DNA of 63,040 nt, filler included, from Thermodesulfobacteriota bacterium (lineage in GTDB: Bacteria > DASVDK01), in the NCBI GenBank assembly GCA_036381125.1. It is 8 parts of 8 records of this genome, joined end to end, with 100 filler letters (N's around TTAATTAATTAA, not from the genome) between each part and the next. Parts side by side here need not be neighbours in the genome. Positions count along the whole stretch, not along the records: positions 55,864 to 63,040 come from DASVDK010000378.1; 7 more parts are not named here. One strand, 5' to 3'. Within the stretch, counting starts at the first letter, position 1. The number at the start of each line of letters is the position of its first letter. The notes under the pieces were generated by a model. That model saw only the letters and a program-made list of their open reading frames with translations, was not told the origin of the DNA and did not search any database. Shown piece by piece: positions 57,701 through 63,040 of this stretch. Position numbers and translations under genes: made by a program.

Positions 57701-58427
57701 TCAGCCGCGGGTGCCCCAGCCGGGGCCGGAGGAGGCGGCCCTCCTCCGCGACGAGGCGGCGCTCCTCCGCGAAGGGACGCAGTTCCTCCGGGGCCTCGAC
57801 CCCGTGGTCATGGCCGAGCTGGGCCTCACGTTCGACCCCAAGACGGGCCAGTTCACGGCCGCGCCGGACGCGGCGCTCGGCCAGGGGAATGAGATTCTCC
57901 GGGCCCTTCAGGCGCGGAGCCTCCGGCTCGCCCGCGGCGAGATGGACGCGGACCCCTTCCTCGAGCGCGCGATCGCCAAGGAGCGGAACCTCCTCAACGA
58001 ACGCCTCCTGCGGCAACTCGGGCCCGGGGGCGAGACCTCCTCGCCCGGCCTGGAGCTCCTCAGCCGGTTCGGCACCGACGTGGCGGCGACGCGCGCCGAG
58101 AATGCGCGCAACGCGCTCTCGATGTTCGAGGGGCTCTCGCTCAATCGTCGGGCCGGCCAGGATGCCGCGCTCGCGAATCGCCTGAACCGCTTCTCGCTCC
58201 TCCCCCAGGGCCGCTTCACGGCGGCGGAGCTCTACGGCCAGCCCCTCTCGCGCTACCAGGCGGGGCGGATCGGGACCTTCCAGGCCGAGCAGGCCGCGCG
58301 CCGGCCGGGATTCGGGGAGATCTTCTCGTCCAACTTCGCGGCGGGCCTGGGGCAGAACCTCAGCAAGTTCGCGAGCCCCGACACGTTCAAGACGAGCTTC
58401 GTGAACCCGTTCGGTGGGGGCAGCTAG
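57690..58427 (+). CDS. Putative internal virion/ejection protein
   Basis: AGGAGGT RBS; helical protein directly after the GNAT. Confidence 0.5.
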   Translation: MSGSQPRVPQPGPEEAALLRDEAALLREGTQFLRGLDPVVMAELGLTFDPKTGQFTAAPDAALGQGNEILRALQARSLRLARGEMDADPFLERAIAKERNLLNERLLRQLGPGGETSSPGLELLSRFGTDVAATRAENARNALSMFEGLSLNRRAGQDAALANRLNRFSLLPQGRFTAAELYGQPLSRYQAGRIGTFQAEQAARRPGFGEIFSSNFAAGLGQNLSKFASPDTFKTSFVNPFGGGS

Positions 58428-58431
58428 GCTC

Positions 58432-59967
58432 ATGGCGACGCCGGCCAACCGTCTCGACCAGTACCGCGCCCAGCGCCTCGCCGAGGAAGAGGCGCTCCTG
58501 CGGGCGGCCCCGCCGGAGGCGTTCCGGCAGCCGCCGACCCCGCCGACGCTCGGCTACGACTTCCTCGAACCGCCCGCCGCCCCGGCGCCGCGGCTCGACC
58601 GCGACATCGTGCCGAGCGCGAGCACAACGGGCACCATTGGCGATCTGGTCGAAGGCCCGTCGTTCGCTGTGAACCGGCCATCGGCACGGCCCTCGGCCGA
58701 GGTGCGAGCCGAGCAGCGGCGCCTCGCCGAGGCCGAGGCGCTCGTCCCCCCCATCCAGCAGGGCGTCGGCGCGGCGCTGCTCTCGAAGCTCTTCGGCCGC
58801 CCCGTGGGGCTTGGGGCCGGGGCGGCGGTCGCGGCGCGGCAGGCCGCGGTCCGGCAGACGGCCCGCAAGCTCGGGACGGAGGAGCAGAAGCTCACGCTGG
58901 AGCGCATCAAGGCGGTCCAGGAGCAGCAGAAGGAGCTTCGGGACCGCGCCAAGTTCTTCCAGGATACCCTGGCCTTCGCCATCAAGACCTTCGGGAATGA
59001 CGCGGCGGCCGGTGCGGCCCATCTCCAGGACGTGGCGACGAATCTCGGCCTCCAGGTGCCGCCCGAGGTGCTCCAGGGCTACTACCGGCTCGCCGCCGGC
59101 CGCCCGGAGACGATCGGGCAACTCTCGCTCGCGATCGCGAAGGGGACGCTGCCGACCACGTTTGCCACGGAGAACACCGATCTCGTCAAGAGCGTGCAGG
59201 CGGCGCAGTCGCCGGAGTCGGTCTCCATCCCACAACTCGCCGCCATTGCGGCGGGGACGGTCGCGCACCCGACGATCACGCCCGAACAGGCCGAGGCGGC
59301 CTTGCGCCGGCTGCAACTCCAGGGGGCCGACCTCCCGACGCTGGCCCTTCGCGCCTCGCAGGGCGACCGGGAGGCCGAGGCCGCACTCGCCCGCTACACC
59401 CAGGTGGCCGGCCAGCGGGCCGAAGCGACCGCGACGGGCGCGCTCCGCGGCGGCGGTCTGCCGGCCAGCGTGCAGGAAGCGCTGACGCAGATCAACAGTC
59501 TCGACGCGCTCGTCGAGGATCTGAATTCGCTCGTGCCAGGGATCGAGGCGGTGGTCGGTCCCGTCGCGGGCCGCGGCGCGGGGATTCTGGAGGCGACGGT
59601 CGAGGGCAGCCTCACGCCGCAACAGATCGAGGCGCGGCGCATCGTCAACGCCATCAACGCGCAGATCACCTACATGCTCTCTGGCAAGCAGATCAACGAG
59701 GCCGAGGCGAAGCGGCTACGTGACACGGTGCCCGGCCTGAATCTGCCATTCGACGTGTTCAAGGTCCGCTTGCGCGGCCTCCAGCGGCAGATTCGGCAAC
59801 TCGCGGCCGAGCGCCAGCGCCTCGCCACGACGCCCGCGGGGCAACTGCCGCCCACGCCGGAGCCGCCGGCGTTGTCTACCGGCGGGGCCGAGCGTCGGGA
59901 GCTGAATGGCCGCATCTACGAGCGCCGTAACGGCCAGTGGTTCGACGTGACGCCGGAGGGGCGGTGA
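58432..59967 (+). CDS. Putative internal virion/ejection protein
   Basis: Ala/Gln-rich coiled coil; SGKQINEAEAKRL..VP; C-terminal NGRIYERRNGQW. Confidence 0.55.
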   Translation: MATPANRLDQYRAQRLAEEEALLRAAPPEAFRQPPTPPTLGYDFLEPPAAPAPRLDRDIVPSASTTGTIGDLVEGPSFAVNRPSARPSAEVRAEQRRLAEAEALVPPIQQGVGAALLSKLFGRPVGLGAGAAVAARQAAVRQTARKLGTEEQKLTLERIKAVQEQQKELRDRAKFFQDTLAFAIKTFGNDAAAGAAHLQDVATNLGLQVPPEVLQGYYRLAAGRPETIGQLSLAIAKGTLPTTFATENTDLVKSVQAAQSPESVSIPQLAAIAAGTVAHPTITPEQAEAALRRLQLQGADLPTLALRASQGDREAEAALARYTQVAGQRAEATATGALRGGGLPASVQEALTQINSLDALVEDLNSLVPGIEAVVGPVAGRGAGILEATVEGSLTPQQIEARRIVNAINAQITYMLSGKQINEAEAKRLRDTVPGLNLPFDVFKVRLRGLQRQIRQLAAERQRLATTPAGQLPPTPEPPALSTGGAERRELNGRIYERRNGQWFDVTPEGR

Positions 59968-59968
59968 C

Positions 59969-61894
59969 ATGGCGCAGCCCGTGAGCGATCCTGCCGTCAT
60001 TGACGCCCTGAATCGTGGCGCCGGGCGGCCGGTGACTGATCCCGACCTCCTCCGGCACCTCGATCAGCCCCCCACCCCCCCGTCGCTGCCGGCCCAGGTG
60101 GGCGGAGCGTTCGCGGACACGGCCCGTCGCGCGGGGCGCATCCTGGAGGAAGGCGGGCAGGCGATCCTGCGCGGCGGGGCGGCCCTCGTGGAGGCATCCC
60201 CCGTCGGTGTCGCACAGCGCGCCCTCCGGGGGGAATCGCCGCGCTCGCCGCTCGCTGAAGTGGCCCAGGCCGGGGTCGGGGCGGCCGAGGTGGTGGGTGG
60301 CATCGCAAGTCCCCTCGCCGTGCCGATCCAGGCTCCGGTCGAGACGGCAGCCCGCGGAGCGGGCCTGTCGGAGGCCGGCGCGCGCCGCACGGGCGAAATC
60401 GCCACCCTCGTGCCACTCGGGGTTTCGGCCGTTCGTGGCGCCGTGAATTTCGGCGGGCGCCTTCTCAACCGCATGCTGCGGCCGGCCTTGCGGCCTGACG
60501 CGGCTGAGGTGCGGCGCGCGGCCGAGAGCCTGAATGTCCCCCTCAAGGTTACTGACATCACGGCGAGCCGGGGCCCCGCCGCGCTCGAAAGCGCCGTCAT
60601 GCAGACCCCGCTCGGCGGCAGCGTCCTGGCGGAGGCGAAGGCCCGGCAGGCGACTGCGCTCTCGAAGGCCGCGGATGACTTCCTCGCCACTCTCGGCGGC
60701 CCCGAGGCCACCAGCGCCACGCAGACGGGTGCGAAGGCGACCGAGGCGATCCGGCGCACAGTCGAGCGGACCCGGCAGGTCGAAAACGGCCTCTTCAACG
60801 AGGCCGCCCGACTCGCGCAGGGCGGCGACGCGCCGGTCCTGGTCCCGATCGAGTCCTTGAAGGCGAAGGCGGCCGAGATTCTGGCCGAGCAGCAGGCACG
60901 GCTCCCGGCCCAGCGCAATGCCCCGGTCGTCGCCCTCGCCACGCAGATCACCAAAGCCCGAGACGCCGTACCGCTCCGGCAAGCGCGCGTCTGGCAGCAA
61001 GCGTTTGGGGACGCGATCGAGCGCGGGGAGCTGCTCACGCGGATGCCGAGCGCGCAGGCGAAGGCGCTCTTCGCCGCGGTGAGCGACGACATGGACCGCG
61101 CGGTGGCGATGTCGGGGCGACGCGATCTCCAAGTCGCCTACCAGCAGGCGCGCACCTTCGCCGAGAACCGGAGGGCGATCTTTGCTGACTCGCCCCTCGC
61201 GCGGATTCTCCAGACCGACCCCGAGGACGTGATCCGGCAACTCGACCTCGCCGGCGGACCCACGGGCGTGCAGCGGGCGAAAGTGGCCATCCTCGGGCGA
61301 CTGCCGGCGGGACGCCTACCCGATCCCGCGGATGTCGAAGCCTGGAACCTCGTGCGCCGGCACATCTTCGAGGGCATCTTCGCGCCGGCCGCCGAAGGGG
61401 GAGCCGTGCGCGAGGCGCGAGGCCTGTCGGTGCCGATCCTCTCCGGGGCCGATCTCGAACGGCGCCTCGCGCGGCTCGGGTCAGAAACAGTCGCCGAACT
61501 CCTCTCCCCGGTCGAGCAGCAGGCACTCCGGAACATCGTGACGGTGTCGAAGGCCCTGCAGGCGGGCGAACGGCTCGGCGCAGTCGGGTTCACATCGAGC
61601 ACCCCGCAAGGGCTCGCGATCCAACTCCTCCTCACCGGCGGCGCGGGAGCGCTGGGCGGGGTGCCTGGGGCGCTCGGCACCGTGGGGGGCCTCCTCGTCG
61701 TCCCGCAGCAGATCGCCAAGGCGCTCACGAACCCCCGCCTCGTGGCCTACCTCGCGTCTCCGGAATTCGCGCAGGCGGCCCGAGGGGGGCTCGAGGCTGA
61801 GGAGGCGTTGCGCCGACTCTACGGGTTCGCCCTGGCCGAGCGTGTCCTGGCCCCGCCGGCGGCAAACGGGGCAAACCAGGAGGCGCCGCGGTGA
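59969..61894 (+). CDS. Putative large DNA-transfer/ejection protein
   Basis: N-terminal PVSDP/PVTDP repeats, Gly/Ala hydrophobic stretches, 641 aa. Confidence 0.55.
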   Translation: MAQPVSDPAVIDALNRGAGRPVTDPDLLRHLDQPPTPPSLPAQVGGAFADTARRAGRILEEGGQAILRGGAALVEASPVGVAQRALRGESPRSPLAEVAQAGVGAAEVVGGIASPLAVPIQAPVETAARGAGLSEAGARRTGEIATLVPLGVSAVRGAVNFGGRLLNRMLRPALRPDAAEVRRAAESLNVPLKVTDITASRGPAALESAVMQTPLGGSVLAEAKARQATALSKAADDFLATLGGPEATSATQTGAKATEAIRRTVERTRQVENGLFNEAARLAQGGDAPVLVPIESLKAKAAEILAEQQARLPAQRNAPVVALATQITKARDAVPLRQARVWQQAFGDAIERGELLTRMPSAQAKALFAAVSDDMDRAVAMSGRRDLQVAYQQARTFAENRRAIFADSPLARILQTDPEDVIRQLDLAGGPTGVQRAKVAILGRLPAGRLPDPADVEAWNLVRRHIFEGIFAPAAEGGAVREARGLSVPILSGADLERRLARLGSETVAELLSPVEQQALRNIVTVSKALQAGERLGAVGFTSSTPQGLAIQLLLTGGAGALGGVPGALGTVGGLLVVPQQIAKALTNPRLVAYLASPEFAQAARGGLEAEEALRRLYGFALAERVLAPPAANGANQEAPR

Positions 61895-61896
61895 GT

Positions 61897-62313
61897 CTAC
61901 TGGCAGTCGGTGTAGGCGACGCCGCCCACGACGCGCGTCGTGCAGTCCACTCGGCGGGGGCGCTCGCGCGCCTGTCGCGCGTCCCAGGCATCGGCCAGGC
62001 GCCGGCGGTAGTCGGCGATCCGGGCGTCGGCGTCCAGCGGGGTGAGCCGCCCGTGATCGACGGCCTCGGCCGTGGCGAGCCGGAAGGCATAGAAGGCCGC
62101 GACATCGGTCGGGATCGTCACGCCGGCCGCGTGCCAGCGGGCGCGGGCGCCGTCCACGCAGTAGCGCTCGCGGGCCAGCGCCGTGGTGGCGGCCGGCGCC
62201 TCGGCGTGGCAGCTCGCCCACCACGTCGTGAGATCGGCCTGCAAGGCATTCCACCGCGTCGTCGCGCAACCGGTCACGAGGGGGAGCATGGCGAGGAGGA
62301 GAAGGGCGCGCAT
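61897..62313 (-). CDS. Lipoprotein on the strand opposite the virion genes
   Basis: GGGAGGT RBS; MRALLLLAMLPLVTGC lipobox; four further Cys. Confidence 0.75.
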   Translation of the reverse strand: MRALLLLAMLPLVTGCATTRWNALQADLTTWWASCHAEAPAATTALARERYCVDGARARWHAAGVTIPTDVAAFYAFRLATAEAVDHGRLTPLDADARIADYRRRLADAWDARQARERPRRVDCTTRVVGGVAYTDCQ

Positions 62314-62381
62314 GGGCACCTCCCGCCTCGCACCGTAGGCAGGCCGATGGTCGCTCGTCAAGGAGGCACGAAAGAGTAGGT

Positions 62382-62537
62382 ATGGCCGACCCGAAAGCCA
62401 AGCGCATCAGCAACAAGGTGAAGCGGCTCGTCCATGAGGGGAAGCCCCAGAAGCAGGCGGTCGCGATCGCGTACTCGATGGCCCGCGCGGGGAAGCTCGG
62501 GCCCCGCGGCGGGTATCGGCGGGGCGCGAAGGGGTAA
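62382..62537 (+). CDS. Small basic protein with a KQAVAIA motif (not in the ORF track)
   Basis: MADPKAKRISNKVKRLVHEGKPQKQAVAIAYSMARAGKLGPRGGYRRGAKG. Confidence 0.65.
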   Translation: MADPKAKRISNKVKRLVHEGKPQKQAVAIAYSMARAGKLGPRGGYRRGAKG

Positions 62538-62540
62538 GCG

Positions 62541-63040
62541 GTGGCGCTTCCCACCCAGCGCTACCCGGCCGATCAGGGGGACCGGAACACCTGGGGCGCG
62601 ATCCTGCGCGCCTTCTGGGGCCGGCTCGTCGATCTCACGACCGGCCAGTGGAAGCCGGGCGTCATCCCGGGCAGCGCGCTCGAGTCCGGCACCATCACCG
62701 AGACGCAGCTCGGCGACAACACGGTCACGAGCGCCAAGATTCAGAACGACTCGATCACGACGGCCAAGCTCGCGGGCGGCGCCGTGACCGACGCCAAGGT
62801 CGCCGCCGACGCGGCGATCGCGCAGAGCAAGATCGCGAACCTTGAAGGCGACCTCGCGGCCAAGGTCACGAACCCCATGACGACCGCCGGCGACCTCATC
62901 GTCGCCGGGGCGAATGGGGTGCCGGCGCGGCTGCCGGCGAGCGTCGTGAACGTCCGCGAGCCGCGCTTTGGCGCCACAGCCGATGGCGTCACCGACGACA
63001 CCGACGCCATCCTCGCCGCGATCGCGGCGGCGCCGGCGCG
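62541..63040 (+). CDS. Tail fiber/tailspike with the start of a pectate-lyase-like beta-helix (3'-partial)
   Basis: VTSAKI, ITTAKL and VTDAKV repeats; MTTAGDLI; VNVREPRFGATADGVTDDTDAI. Confidence 0.75.
   Translation, partial: MALPTQRYPADQGDRNTWGAILRAFWGRLVDLTTGQWKPGVIPGSALESGTITETQLGDNTVTSAKIQNDSITTAKLAGGAVTDAKVAADAAIAQSKIANLEGDLAAKVTNPMTTAGDLIVAGANGVPARLPASVVNVREPRFGATADGVTDDTDAILAAIAAAPA

Larger units (their letters stand above)
55864..63040 (+). mobile_element. Phage or prophage virion module (podovirus-like tail and ejection region)
   Basis: Gly-rich tail protein, GNAT, three Ala/Gln-rich helical proteins and a tailspike; GC slightly lower than the host contigs. Confidence 0.75.

Overview
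This is not one continuous locus. It is eight GC-rich contigs joined by artificial 100-nt spacers (44 N + TTAATTAATTAA + 44 N), probably a draft or metagenome-assembled genome of a diderm bacterium. (1) 1-11896: a decaying accessory island with small membrane proteins of the kind found in metal-homeostasis clusters, an archaeal-type GAPDH, a GH65 phosphorylase and a USP. It also holds many internally deleted gene remnants and two sigma54-driven leaderless small ORFs. (2) 11997-28027: an MmgE/PrpD, atypical DRE-TIM enzyme and TctC cluster, then a long minus-strand respiratory cluster. That cluster encodes a divergent cbb3-type oxidase (CcoN, triheme CcoO fusion, stand-alone CcoP N-terminal piece), an orphan SoxZ-like protein, and a pentaheme cytochrome c with an in-frame UGA that is very likely selenocysteine. 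It continues with CtaG, two outer-membrane barrels, ChaN and a Tat-lipoprotein hemerythrin. (3) topA, trmFO and a repeat-containing lipoprotein. (4) A prophage early region with a ParB-family gene. (5) sucCD-ndk. (6) A Mu-like prophage head module with a Mor/C-type activator and two matching palindromic late promoters. (7) ligA, acyP, an extended rsmI and a decayed nadE/nitrilase pair. (8) A podovirus-like virion module. The strongest candidate for an undescribed system is the cbb3 oxidase + SoxZ + selenocysteine multiheme cytochrome cluster. All family assignments come from motif recognition by eye, not from database searches.
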